In this document: one piece after another, positions 19,899 through 30,512 of the stretch
How positions within the stretch are numbered: the stretch's first letter is position 1
How the letters are laid out: each line of letters opens with the position of its first letter
From: Candidatus Heimdallarchaeota archaeon
GTDB lineage: Archaea; Asgardarchaeota; Heimdallarchaeia; JABLTI01
Length of the DNA: 64,000 nucleotides
Reading direction: 5' to 3'
Assembly: GCA_018238155.1 (NCBI GenBank)
Contig: JABCTZ010000026.1
Location: 96,001 to 160,000 of the forward strand
Translations under genes and position numbers: made by a program
The notes under the pieces: model-generated
What the model saw: only the letters and a program-made list of their open reading frames with translations
What the model was told of the DNA's origin: nothing
The model's database searches: none

Positions 19899-20353
19899 GT
19901 GGCATCTATCCTGCTATGCCTTAGTGCCATAACCATTGAGAATAATTGAACTCCCGTTCTCTTGTTTCATGTTATATATGACATACGACCTATTTAAACA
20001 TAGTTTTATGTATGTTTTAATTTTAAGTCGAATTTTAATAAAAAAAAATGATTAACAATAATTGTAAATGTACTTTTATAGCGAATTTTTAGCTTTTTTG
20101 CGATTACAATGAAACATGTCTGTAGTCAATGCAAATTCTATCGTGAAGAAAATGGTAAACCTATTGTTAGATTACTGAAAAATTGGTTGCATATAATGTT
20201 CATATTTGTGATTTCAATTTTCAAGCTAAACTTGAAGAGTAATTCTAAACTTTTTTTTATTTCAATTATTTAATCAATACTACTTCTTTTACAGTAAAAG
20301 TACGAAAGCCATTAGAATTGATGTTGAATCCAATAGTCTTGTTGGGATAGCTA

Positions 20354-20983
20354 ATGATTCAATCACAAAGCAAAATGGACTATTATTCAAATTATACAGA
20401 CGTTCACCAGATTAGAAGCTGGATTCAAAATCAAAGTTTGCTAGTAAAAATTTGGTTGACAATATTCTTCGCAGGTTTAACAGGATTATTTTCACAGTTT
20501 AGAATTTACTTGCCTTGGACCCCTATACCTCTCACTTTACAAACTGTGGCAGTAGTTATTAGCGGTCTTGTTTTAGGCAAATATTTTGGACTCTTTTCAC
20601 AAATTTTGTATCTATTAATTGGTTTTCTAGGTGTACCTTGGTTTGCAAATCAACAAGGAGGTTATGAAATATTTCTAGGTCCAACTGCCGGTTATCTTAT
20701 TGGTTTTCTTTTTGCAAGTTTCCTCTCAGGATGGTTTTCTGAGAAATTATCAAAGAAGAAAACAAATCCACGACTATTTCTTGTGGTAATGTTACTGATC
20801 AATTTTATTGCCATTTATACTCCGGGATTAATTTACCTCTATCTTTGGTTTTCAATTGGAAACTCTATGATTATTTCATTGGTAAATCTATTTCTAATGG
20901 GATTCATACCATTCATAATCGGGGATATAATTAAAATAGCAATTATCACTATTGTTCACAGCAATATGTCAAATGATTGGTAG
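20354..20983 (+). CDS. bioY: Biotin transporter BioY
   Basis: PIPLTLQT, G.P.FA..GG, GPTAGYLIGF, PFIIGDIIK. Confidence 0.9.
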   Translation: MIQSQSKMDYYSNYTDVHQIRSWIQNQSLLVKIWLTIFFAGLTGLFSQFRIYLPWTPIPLTLQTVAVVISGLVLGKYFGLFSQILYLLIGFLGVPWFANQQGGYEIFLGPTAGYLIGFLFASFLSGWFSEKLSKKKTNPRLFLVVMLLINFIAIYTPGLIYLYLWFSIGNSMIISLVNLFLMGFIPFIIGDIIKIAIITIVHSNMSNDW

Positions 20984-20996
20984 TGAGTAGTTAGCT

Positions 20997-21896
20997 ATGA
21001 ATGAAAATGTACAAATCAATCAACCATTTTTTGGTGCAACAACAGATAACATAAATTATGCAAATTTGTGTGTATTAGGCATTCCTTGGGATATTTCATC
21101 CTCATTTCGTAGAGGTGCAGCTCAAGGACCGGAATACATTCGTCATGCAACTACAGGTGCATTATATAATTCAATCACAGAAACAGATAGAGATCTTAAA
21201 CAAACATGGCAAATCTTCGATATTGGTGATGCACCAATTTCTGAAGCAAATGAAATGGATGCTCGGAAGAAAATACACAATATGATACAGAAATACAGCA
21301 AATATGGGATGAAATTCTTTTTCTTAGGAGGAGACCATCTATCTACTTACTTTACTTTTTGGTCATTAAAGAAAATAAAAGACCTAAGAATAGGACTGGT
21401 CTATCTAGATGCTCACCCGGACTTGTATGATCAATATGAAGGTAATCCATATTCTCATGCTTGTGTTGTAAAACGAATAATTGATGAAACAAATATAGAA
21501 CCTGAAACAATAACTCAAGTAGGCATTCGTTCATCCACTTTAGAGCAGAAACAATTTGCTGAACAAATGAAAATCAATACTGTTTCAATCAAAGATTTAC
21601 AAACAAATGGGGGTTTTGCTACTGCACAACAAATTAAAGCTCAATTACCTAGTTATCTTGACGGAGTGTATCTTTCTATTGATTTGGATATTTTAGACCC
21701 CGCTTTTGCTCCGGGTGTAGGCAATCCAGAACCAGGTGGAGCAACTACTCGAGAGATAATTGATTTCATTCATGGTTTACAAGGCACAAATATTTATGCA
21801 TTCGATGTTGTTGAGCTCTGTCCAAAATTCGATTATGCCGGGATATCTGCTTTAGCTGCTTCCAAAATAATTAAAGAAGTTTTAGGAATTCTCTAA
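20997..21896 (+). CDS. speB: Agmatinase (ureohydrolase family)
   Basis: GGDHL, DAHPD, DLDILDPAFAPGVGNPEPGG, DVVE. Confidence 0.85.
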   Translation: MNENVQINQPFFGATTDNINYANLCVLGIPWDISSSFRRGAAQGPEYIRHATTGALYNSITETDRDLKQTWQIFDIGDAPISEANEMDARKKIHNMIQKYSKYGMKFFFLGGDHLSTYFTFWSLKKIKDLRIGLVYLDAHPDLYDQYEGNPYSHACVVKRIIDETNIEPETITQVGIRSSTLEQKQFAEQMKINTVSIKDLQTNGGFATAQQIKAQLPSYLDGVYLSIDLDILDPAFAPGVGNPEPGGATTREIIDFIHGLQGTNIYAFDVVELCPKFDYAGISALAASKIIKEVLGIL

Positions 21897-21926
21897 TGTT
21901 TTCCTTTAACATCTTCAATTTCTGAA

Positions 21927-22748
21927 TTAAAGAAAAGAATTCATCTGGCGATCTTTTAGAACAGGAATAGCTGAACGAGCGTTATCCAATACTTCCGGAT
22001 GAAGTGTTGCAAAAACCATTTGTTCATGTTGACCTGCTCCGGCAATAATATTTCCAAGTGGATCAATAATCCTTGATGATCCTTTATAGTGGATCACTTT
22101 TGGCTCAACATCAACACCTAATCTATTTACAGCAATGTGATATGAAGTATTCTCAAGTGCTCTTGCTGCTGCAAGAAGATTGAAATGAAGTAATCTTGCA
22201 CTTGGCCAAGCTGCAACAGTAATAAGCACTTCTGCACCTTTTATAACCATACTTTTAGCAATTTCAGGGAATCGCAAATCATAGCAGATAGATAAACCAA
22301 CTTTGGCTTTACCATTGATTGTTACTGGGTCAGAGACAGCAGTTCCGGCTTGGAAATACTCTTTTTCATTTCCCCAGAGGTGTATTTTTTCATAAGAATA
22401 AATCATCCCTTTCGTTGGATGAAGAATAAAACCTACATTTTGAAATGTATTCTTCTTCTGATTTGTTATCAGAATCGAGCTAGCAATGTTAATATTGTAT
22501 TCTTCACAAATTTTCTCAAGGAATTTCAAAGTACTACTTGAATCAATCTCCTCAGCTAAATCCGAGAAATGACTATAAGCAAATCCGGTGCTAAATAATT
22601 CTGGTAAAACGACGAGATCTAATTCTGAATGGTAATTTCTTGCGATGCTATTTTTAACTCTCTGGAGATTCTCCTCTTTCTTAGCTGAAGAGATTTCCAT
22701 TTGATAGAGTGCAACATTGAGCTCTTTCATAGACTTTTCCTCATTCAT
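21927..22748 (-). CDS. Carbon-nitrogen hydrolase (nitrilase/omega-amidase family)
   Basis: LPELF, YEKIHL, ICYDLRFPE catalytic E-K-C motifs. Confidence 0.9.
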   Translation of the reverse strand: MNEEKSMKELNVALYQMEISSAKKEENLQRVKNSIARNYHSELDLVVLPELFSTGFAYSHFSDLAEEIDSSSTLKFLEKICEEYNINIASSILITNQKKNTFQNVGFILHPTKGMIYSYEKIHLWGNEKEYFQAGTAVSDPVTINGKAKVGLSICYDLRFPEIAKSMVIKGAEVLITVAAWPSARLLHFNLLAAARALENTSYHIAVNRLGVDVEPKVIHYKGSSRIIDPLGNIIAGAGQHEQMVFATLHPEVLDNARSAIPVLKDRQMNSFL

Positions 22749-23543
22749 TTAGATCTTCAATTTTAGACCAACGGGGCAATGATCGGAACCCGTAATTTCC
22801 GGCAAAATATATGCATCAACAATTCTATCCTTCAAATCCGCAGTTACAAAGAAATAATCCAAACGCCAACCAATATTCCTTTCTCGAGCATTTGTACGAA
22901 CAGACCACCATGAATACTGTTCTGGTTTATCTTTATGAATAAATCGGAAACTGTCAATGTACCCCATGTCAACTATTTTATCTAGCCATTCTCTTTCAAT
23001 GGGTAAAAAGCCAGATATTTTTTCATTTGACTTTGGTCTTGAAAGGTCAATAGGTTTATGAGCTGTGTTCACATCTCCACAGAAAACAACTGATTTTCCT
23101 TCAGCTCGCTTCTTTTCTGTGAAATCAAGAAAAGCATCATAGAAATCCATCTTGTATTTTAGTCTCTCATTATCCTTTTTCCCATTTGGAAAATAAACAT
23201 TACAAACTACAATATTGGAATGTTCTATTGTTACTATTCTTCCTTCTTTATCTAACCGTTCTACGCCAATTTTATGTTCTACGGTTGTTGGTTTTTCCTT
23301 TGAGTAAGTTACAACTCCACTATACCCTTTTCTCTCAGCAGAACTCCAATTGCTATGATAGCCCGGTGGATTGATCATTTCTTCAGTAACTTGTTCAGGA
23401 TGAGCTTTAGTTTCTTGAAGACAAAGGATATCTGGGGAATTTTTTTCTAACCATGAGAGAAAATTATCATCTTTATAGATTGTTTTCTTAGAGAGGGCTC
23501 TAATGCCATTAACATTCCACGAAAGTAGTTCCAATATTTTCAT
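22749..23543 (-). CDS. xth: Exodeoxyribonuclease III / AP endonuclease
   Basis: SWNVNGIRA, LQETK, GDVNTAH, GWRLDY, SDHCPV. Confidence 0.95.
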   Translation of the reverse strand: MKILELLSWNVNGIRALSKKTIYKDDNFLSWLEKNSPDILCLQETKAHPEQVTEEMINPPGYHSNWSSAERKGYSGVVTYSKEKPTTVEHKIGVERLDKEGRIVTIEHSNIVVCNVYFPNGKKDNERLKYKMDFYDAFLDFTEKKRAEGKSVVFCGDVNTAHKPIDLSRPKSNEKISGFLPIEREWLDKIVDMGYIDSFRFIHKDKPEQYSWWSVRTNARERNIGWRLDYFFVTADLKDRIVDAYILPEITGSDHCPVGLKLKI

Positions 23544-23692
23544 AAAAACACATCATAATCAATTTCTAATCTTCTCATTAATATAATTTTCAAATATAAA
23601 AATAAGATTGTGATTTTATTGTCGAGATTTATTATTAAATAACATTACATTATCTTTTTAAGCTATATTCTCTACCGTAAATTGGTGATTAT

Positions 23693-24058
23693 TTGACTAG
23701 AACTAAACATAGAAGAACTAGAAGATATCATAGCATTTATCAAATTGCAGAAGTCCTAGCTATTATAGCGGGAATTGCAGGTATCATTATTGCTGTTGTT
23801 GGATTATTTGGTAGTGCACTAGGCAGCTCCTGGCTTTGGGAAGGCAATTTTGGTTTCCTAAGTGGTGTTCTTAGTGCAATTTTGTCAATAGTATTTTCTG
23901 TATTAGTACTGATGATTGGTTTAGGAACGATATTCTGGGATATCCGAGGATTAGTAATTGGAATAGTAGTAATTATTCTATCATTATTTATTCCTGGTAT
24001 TGCTTTTATTCTTGGAATTGTCGCTGGTGTGCTATTTATTGTAGCGGATATTGCTTAA
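23693..24058 (+). CDS. Small hydrophobic membrane protein
   Basis: 121 aa; basic N-terminus followed by G/I/L-rich TM segments. Confidence 0.6.
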   Translation: MTRTKHRRTRRYHSIYQIAEVLAIIAGIAGIIIAVVGLFGSALGSSWLWEGNFGFLSGVLSAILSIVFSVLVLMIGLGTIFWDIRGLVIGIVVIILSLFIPGIAFILGIVAGVLFIVADIA

Positions 24059-24149
24059 CAATCTTTGAAAAAGATTTCTCTTTTTCAGAATCTTTTTCTT
24101 TTATCATTTTCTTTTTTGAAATTGATAATATATATAGCAAACTTTATTA

Positions 24150-24168
24150 TAAAGTTTGGCTAACCTAA
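24150..24168. promoter_or_regulatory. DtxR/IdeR-type iron box upstream of feoB
   Basis: TAAAGTTTGGCTAACCTAA matches the consensus TWAGGTWAGSCTWACCTWA at 17/19 and overlaps a TATA-like TTTATTATAAA. Confidence 0.65.
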
Positions 24169-24218
24169 CATTAGCACATATGTAACGTTCAAAGTCTTAA
24201 GGAGAAAAGTAGAATAAA

Positions 24219-26201
24219 ATGGCACGAATAGCTCTCATAGGAAATCCAAATGTAGGTAAAAGTGTAATTTTTAATGAGCTAACTGGATTACATCAAACTA
24301 TTGCCAATTTTCCTGGTTGTACTGTAGAAAAAAAAGAGGGGGAACTTTCACATGAAAATCAAATGATCGAAGTGATTGATTTACCGGGAATCTATTCCTT
24401 ATCACCCCATTCCATTGATGAACAAATATCTCGAGAGCATATTATTGAAGAAGATCCTGATTTAGTTGTCGTTGTTCTGGATGCATCTAACCTTGAACGA
24501 AATCTGTATCTTACAGTTCAGTTGATGGAATTGAACACCCACCTTCTTATTGTTCTCAACATGATGGATTTAGCTCGAGGAAAAGGCATAAATATAGATG
24601 TCGCTCGTTTATCAAAAAATCTTGGCATACCTATCGTTGAAACGGTTGCATCTAAAGGAATAGGACTTGATGAGCTTAAAAGGAAAATTTGTGAATGTAT
24701 TACTTCACCCAATCTAGCAAAACCATTAGTTTGGAATAAAAAAATAGGCGAAAATATAGCTAAAATTTTGGAATTAATTAACCCTTATACATCTAGAATA
24801 GAAAAAAAGTATACACTCGAGTGGGTAGCAACTTCATTACTTGAAGAAGATGATTATGTTTGGGAGCTGATAGAAAACATTGGTGTCTCAAAAGAGGAAT
24901 TAAAACCAAAAATAATGAAATTAATCGATGAAAATTTCGATGGAGATGCAATTGTACCATTAGTTGATGCAAGATATGAAATAGTTAACTCGTATATGAC
25001 CGATGTACAGCAAAAATACTCTGGACGAAGATGGGCACTTAGTGATATGCTCGATGAAGTCTTAACTAATAGATTTCTGGGTATTCCAATATTCTTAACA
25101 ATAATGTGGGGTGTATTTCAGATTACTTTTACTGTTGGTGAACCATTGGTAGGTTTAATTCAGTTGGGTTTTGATAAATTAGGTGTTCTTGTTTATTACA
25201 TTGCTAATTTAATGGATGGTGCGGCTGGGAATGGCATTAATCCCATTAGTGATTTCATTGTTGGAGCAGTAATAAATGGTGTAGGCGCAGTTCTTTCATT
25301 TCTACCATACATTGTGATACTTTTTATTGCAATGGCAATTTTAGAAGACACGGGTTATCTCTCTCGAGTTGCTTATTTAATGGATAAACCAATGAGCAGA
25401 ATAGGATTACAAGGGCAGTCCATTATTCCAATGCTTTTAGGTTTTGGTTGTAATGTACCAGCAATTATGGCTACTCGTGCAATACGAAACGATAAAGACA
25501 GGAAAACAACAATACTAGTGAACAGTTTTATGTCTTGTTCTGCAAGATTGCCGGTCTATATTTTCATTTCAGGAGCAATTTTTTCGAACTTTGCTGGAAT
25601 TGTGACTTTAGGTCTTTACGTTTTAGGTATACTTGTTGGAATACTATTTGCTTGGGTCTTTAGAAAAACACTTTTTAAAGGAGAGAAATCAGATTTAATT
25701 ATTGAACTTCAGCCTTTCACTAGTCCAACACCCAAGAGTGTTTTCATTAAAATGTGGAATCAGATTAAAGAGTTCTTAAAAAAAGCAAGCACAATTATTC
25801 TCGTATCACTCATAGTTATTTATCTTCTAAATCAAGCAGGTATTATGGAATATCTTGGACGATGGGTTTCAATGCTCTTTTGGTGGATGAAAACTAGTGA
25901 TGGTTCTGCAATTAGCTGGGAATATGGTGCAGCATTATTATCAGGCTTAGTTGCAAAGGAAGCCGTTATTGGTACTTTGGGTACTTTGGTAGATACGCCA
26001 AATGCTTTGGGCGTTGCTGCTGGTTTGGGATATCTAGTATTTCTAGCTCTCTATGTTCCCTGTATCGCTACTCTAGCTGTAATAAAACAAGAAACAAAAA
26101 GTTGGCGCTGGATGTTATTTTCACTTATGTTTACATCTATTGTAGCTTACGTTTTTTCAGCAATTTTCTATTTTATAGCTAGCGCAATTGGAGGAGTGTA
26201 G
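24219..26201 (+). CDS. feoB: Ferrous iron transport protein B
   Basis: [52 protein letters not shown]. Confidence 0.96.
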   Translation: MARIALIGNPNVGKSVIFNELTGLHQTIANFPGCTVEKKEGELSHENQMIEVIDLPGIYSLSPHSIDEQISREHIIEEDPDLVVVVLDASNLERNLYLTVQLMELNTHLLIVLNMMDLARGKGINIDVARLSKNLGIPIVETVASKGIGLDELKRKICECITSPNLAKPLVWNKKIGENIAKILELINPYTSRIEKKYTLEWVATSLLEEDDYVWELIENIGVSKEELKPKIMKLIDENFDGDAIVPLVDARYEIVNSYMTDVQQKYSGRRWALSDMLDEVLTNRFLGIPIFLTIMWGVFQITFTVGEPLVGLIQLGFDKLGVLVYYIANLMDGAAGNGINPISDFIVGAVINGVGAVLSFLPYIVILFIAMAILEDTGYLSRVAYLMDKPMSRIGLQGQSIIPMLLGFGCNVPAIMATRAIRNDKDRKTTILVNSFMSCSARLPVYIFISGAIFSNFAGIVTLGLYVLGILVGILFAWVFRKTLFKGEKSDLIIELQPFTSPTPKSVFIKMWNQIKEFLKKASTIILVSLIVIYLLNQAGIMEYLGRWVSMLFWWMKTSDGSAISWEYGAALLSGLVAKEAVIGTLGTLVDTPNALGVAAGLGYLVFLALYVPCIATLAVIKQETKSWRWMLFSLMFTSIVAYVFSAIFYFIASAIGGV

Positions 26202-26212
26202 GAGGAAAAAAA

Positions 26213-27007
26213 ATGGTTGAAAATGAAATTAATGATGAAACAATAGTCAAAGAAATTCCTCCTTCGGAATTAGAGGTTCACCCTGAACTTACACATGAGA
26301 TTGTGAAAAAAGAACCTCGTTTATCAAAATTTATGAGAGATCACCGGAGACCACAAATTCCAGTAAGATATATTTGGTTGCTCAATCTGCCTATCGTTAC
26401 AAATGTTATTCTTGCATTCTCAATTATACTGGGATTACTATTTCTCTATTTCGGAGTGATGGGTGCACTAACAATTGTTGGGATGACTGAACAAAATGTT
26501 TGGGGGATTTATAGTACAATGTGGGTTTTTGGCTGGGAAGGAAGTGCTATTACAGGATTTGCACTTATAATTATAGGAGTGATTATGCTCTGGTCTGTGC
26601 CCTTTTATTTTCTAAAAAGCGTACAGAAAGCAGATTCATATCTTATAATTGGCTCGGGTTTGGGAGTACTATTTGCAATAATATATATTTTCATTATCCT
26701 TGCAGATCTCTTATCTTGGTTATTGGACATCCTTGCGACAAGTGTAGTGAATCCACCTGAAACTTATTTCTATTACCCGATAATGTTGGGTTTGATAGCT
26801 GCACCTATTTTCCGAGCATTATCAATTAGACATATTGTGTTACCTCCTTCCGAGAAACAACCCGAAGATTATAGTGTACAACATTATCGAAAGGAAATGA
26901 GAAATTGGAAATTTAATCAAAAAAGAAAACATCTTATAAAAGACCAACGAAAAGGATCCAATAAAGGAAGACATCGACATCACAAGAAGAGGAAAAGGTG
27001 GGAGTAA
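26213..27007 (+). CDS. Membrane protein of unknown function within the feo operon (basic, His-rich C-terminal tail)
   Basis: About 4 TM segments; 11 bp after the feoB stop; its stop overlaps the next start (TAATG). Confidence 0.65.
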   Translation: MVENEINDETIVKEIPPSELEVHPELTHEIVKKEPRLSKFMRDHRRPQIPVRYIWLLNLPIVTNVILAFSIILGLLFLYFGVMGALTIVGMTEQNVWGIYSTMWVFGWEGSAITGFALIIIGVIMLWSVPFYFLKSVQKADSYLIIGSGLGVLFAIIYIFIILADLLSWLLDILATSVVNPPETYFYYPIMLGLIAAPIFRALSIRHIVLPPSEKQPEDYSVQHYRKEMRNWKFNQKRKHLIKDQRKGSNKGRHRHHKKRKRWE

Positions 27008-27264
27008 TGCTTTCAAAAGTACTAGACTATTTCAGAAAAGGTGGAGATGCAAATATCTCAACTATTTCAAGAAAATTAGACATCGAGAAAGGAACTATAG
27101 TTATGCTTCTTGATCAACTTGTTAAAAGAGGATATTTGGAAGAAATTACTCCAATTAACAAATTAACAGATAATTGCACTCCAACAAAATGTGCAGGATG
27201 TGCAAAAGAAGCTAATTGTGATCCTTTACTGATTACTAAATATAAACTAGTAAAAAAAAAATAG
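27007..27264 (+). CDS. feoC: FeoC-like winged-helix protein with Cys cluster
   Basis: ISRKLDIEKGTIVMLLDQLVKRGYL followed by C-x4-C-x2-C-x5-C; downstream of feoB. Confidence 0.7.
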   Translation: MLSKVLDYFRKGGDANISTISRKLDIEKGTIVMLLDQLVKRGYLEEITPINKLTDNCTPTKCAGCAKEANCDPLLITKYKLVKKK

Positions 27265-27609
27265 ATAGATCTTAGCAATGATTTCTGAAATAATTTTGAT
27301 TTCTCATTGAAAATTTCTTTGAGTCAGAGCATTTGATTTGTATATTTTGTGTTAAATAAAAAGAGTATGTTAATCAACTTTCTAATAAAAAAATCTATTC
27401 AATAAAAATAGTCATTTTATTTTTATTCCATGACAAGTCATAGGTATGTAATTTGCTTGGGTACTAGTATTATTAAACAAAGGACAAGTGTTTTCGAGTC
27501 TCAAATTCAAGAAGGAATTAAGATTTTCGTGTTTCTAATATGATTAGATTTAAAAGATAAAAGAAAGAATTATCTGTAAATGGGATTAATTCTTAGAGAA
27601 GTGATACTA

Positions 27610-28864
27610 GTGAAAGATGAAGTAAAAAATCAACTGAAAAAATAGAGATAGTGAAATTATTGAATACCAAGGTACTCCTATAATTCGACGAGATGGTGAA
27701 TTTCTAACGAAACTCGAATCTGTGATAAAGGAACCAATACCTGTTCTTTCTAATTCAATTGTTAAAAATATTTACACCTGTGGAGTTTTTATACAAGAAA
27801 ACCAGATCAAACAGCTCTTTTTAACTGCTAAAAGAAAGATAACTTCTCTTCCAGATTCAATAGGAAATCTAAAATCACTTGAAATATTGGGTCTTTGCAA
27901 CAATAAATTAACTTCTCTTCCAGAGACAATAGGAAACTTAACTGCACTCACAAAGCTATTCTTATATGGTAATCAATTAGATGTGCTCCCAGAGACAATA
28001 GGAAATCTAGCTGCTCTTGAATTTCTGTTTCTCTTAGAGAATAAATTGACTGCACTCCCAGAGACAATAGGTAACCTATTAGCACTCAAAAAACTAGATT
28101 TACGCAGGAATAAATTAACTACATTCCCAAAGAAAATAGTAAATCTAAAATCACTTTTAATACTATATATTTCAAATAATCAAATCAAAACTCTTCCCAA
28201 AACAATAGGAAACCTAGCTGATCTCAAAGAGCTAAACATTTCATCTAATCAAATATCAACTCTTCCTGACACAATAGGTGATTTAACAAAACTTGAAGAA
28301 CTAGATCTAGGTTATAATAAATTTAGCTCTCTCCCAGAGAGCTTTGGTAACCTATCACTTACAAATCTAAATCTGCAAAGCTTAAAATTAACTTCACTCC
28401 CGGAGACAATAGGAAAGCTAACAGAACTTAGAGAACTAAATTTATATAATAACCGATTGACCTCTCTTCCTGAGACAATAGGAAACCTCACAGCATTTGA
28501 AATTCTGAACATTTCAAATAATAAATTAACTTCTCTCCCTGAAACAATAGGATCCTTAACAGCTCTCAAAGAACTAAATTTAGAAAAGAATGAAATAACT
28601 TTTCTCCCCGAAGGAATTGGGAAATTATCTGCACTCAAAAAACTAATTTTACGCAATAATAAATTAGCTTCTCTTCCTGAGACAATGGGAAATCTATCTG
28701 CACTCACTTTTCTAGATTTACAAAGTAATCAATTAACCTCTCTTCCTGAGACAATGGGTAAACTATCTGCACTTAAAACGCTACAAATATACAATAATCA
28801 AATAACAGATCTTCCCGAGTCAATAAAAAACCTAAAGCTACCATCACTTAGCAAATATTCATGA
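27610..28864 (+). CDS. Leucine-rich repeat protein; N-terminus offset by a 1-nt frameshift in an A6 run
   Basis: About 14 23-aa repeats LxxLPETIGNLxxLxxLxLxxNx; frame open from 27637 (..YQGTPIIRRDGEFLTKLESVIKEPIP); ORF track starts at 27722. Confidence 0.85.
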
Positions 28865-28943
28865 AACAATGATGACTATCAAATTTCGTTAGTCATGAAT
28901 TTCATAAGATAACAAGAATCATTATCTTTGGTATCATTTAAGA

Positions 28944-30398
28944 TTATCCAATTGAATCTTTTTTGATAATGGACGAGTTTTCAACAGAAAAAGAGTTTTT
29001 TTCTGTTGGATAATCTGACCGTGTAAGTCCTTTTTTAGAAGAATAAATCATTCCAAGTATCATTACAACTGACATGAAAATTGCTGCTGTGAGAATGATG
29101 TACTTTGGTGAGACAAAATCTGCAATAAGCGCAACAATTCCCATGCCTGTTAGTCTTGCAATTCCTTGTAAGAGTTGTTGAGCTCCAAATACCCGACCTT
29201 GTTTTTCATATGGTATCTGTTCTTGAATCAAAGTAGGTGCCGGTATATTTATGCATACGATTCCAATGCCGAACAACATTAAAATAATAACCATCAACCA
29301 CACAACCCTAACAAATGCAAATAAGAATAACACTCCGGAGAGACCTGCAAGAGTAATATTTAACATCAAAATTTTTCTGTTTATTTTGCCAATGCGCATA
29401 AATATTATTGCAGTCACTATTCCTGAGACCCCCATAGCTGCTTGGAGGTACCCATACCAAGATTCATCTAAACCCATTTCGCCTTGTAGGACTACAATAA
29501 AAAGGACATTAAATGTTGCAAAAGAGAAAATTGCAGAAGCAAAAACTACTAACATATAGGCAATTTTAGGTGTTTCTTTTATTGTTCTGTAACCAACATT
29601 AATATCATCTATGATACTCTTGATCTGTCTGCTAAATCCGACTTCATCCTCAGGTCGTTCAACTTTTGGTGTTTTCGTTCCAAATTTCAATAATAATACA
29701 ATCATTGTAAGTGAAAAAGCAAAAGTCGAAGCATCAAAAATGAAGCTGCCTAAATAACTAACACTTGCAATAATACCTGCAAGAACATAACCAACTATTG
29801 TTGCAATCTGGTATACAGTTGTACCTATTGAATTTGCTACTAAGAGATTCTTCTTCTTAACAACTAATCGAGTATAAGCATTTCTTGCTGGAAAAAAGAA
29901 TGCTCCAGCTGTTGAATTAATAAATGTCAAAATAAACAAGGGCCATAAAATGTGAATATAGTTTAAAACGTGCACCTCAAGGATGTAGCCATAAGAGAAT
30001 TGTAAAAAGTGAACTTCCTCAACAATCAAATAATTTCTTAGTAGATAAATTACAACAAAACCAAGCGAAGCAAATAAGCTGATGAGATTTGACATAAGCA
30101 TTATTTTTCTTTGATCGAACCTATCTGTGTAAACTCCAGCTAAAGGTGTAAAGAGTACATATGGCAGCCAAAATGTTATCGATAACAAACCCATTAAAGT
30201 AACGTTTCCAGTTGCACCAAAAATGTAGAACTGTAATGCTAACCAAGCTACTGCTGCACCAATATTCTGTGAAAATTGTGCTGTAAAAAGCAATACATAT
30301 GGACCATTTTTCAAAACTTCAATAATCGAGGAAGATTCAGCACCATTCTGAGTATTAATCTCAGTTTCTTTATCTGACCCTTTCTCTGAACTAACCAA
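28944..30398 (-). CDS. Major facilitator superfamily transporter
   Basis: AGVYTDRFDQRKIM motif A; about 12 TM segments; QGRVFG. Confidence 0.9.
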   Translation of the reverse strand: MVSSEKGSDKETEINTQNGAESSSIIEVLKNGPYVLLFTAQFSQNIGAAVAWLALQFYIFGATGNVTLMGLLSITFWLPYVLFTPLAGVYTDRFDQRKIMLMSNLISLFASLGFVVIYLLRNYLIVEEVHFLQFSYGYILEVHVLNYIHILWPLFILTFINSTAGAFFFPARNAYTRLVVKKKNLLVANSIGTTVYQIATIVGYVLAGIIASVSYLGSFIFDASTFAFSLTMIVLLLKFGTKTPKVERPEDEVGFSRQIKSIIDDINVGYRTIKETPKIAYMLVVFASAIFSFATFNVLFIVVLQGEMGLDESWYGYLQAAMGVSGIVTAIIFMRIGKINRKILMLNITLAGLSGVLFLFAFVRVVWLMVIILMLFGIGIVCINIPAPTLIQEQIPYEKQGRVFGAQQLLQGIARLTGMGIVALIADFVSPKYIILTAAIFMSVVMILGMIYSSKKGLTRSDYPTEKNSFSVENSSIIKKDSIG

Positions 30399-30512
30399 AA
30401 TATTTTCACCGAAAGAAATAATACAAAATGCATATTGGATGTTAAAAAATGTTCTTTTAGCTACTACTCTAAGTAGTAAAAAAAGAACACAGGCAATAAA
30501 TTCACTCTTTGG

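Noticed and set aside
20109-20195. Tiny ORF MKHVCSQCKFYREENGKP.. with a CxxC
   Set aside because: Only 28 codons with no second Cys pair or other support; it may be a remnant but cannot be substantiated.
27840-28830. Regular ~69-bp periodic repeats that might look like a CRISPR array
   Set aside because: They are degenerate coding LRR units within one reading frame; there are no unique spacers and no cas genes.
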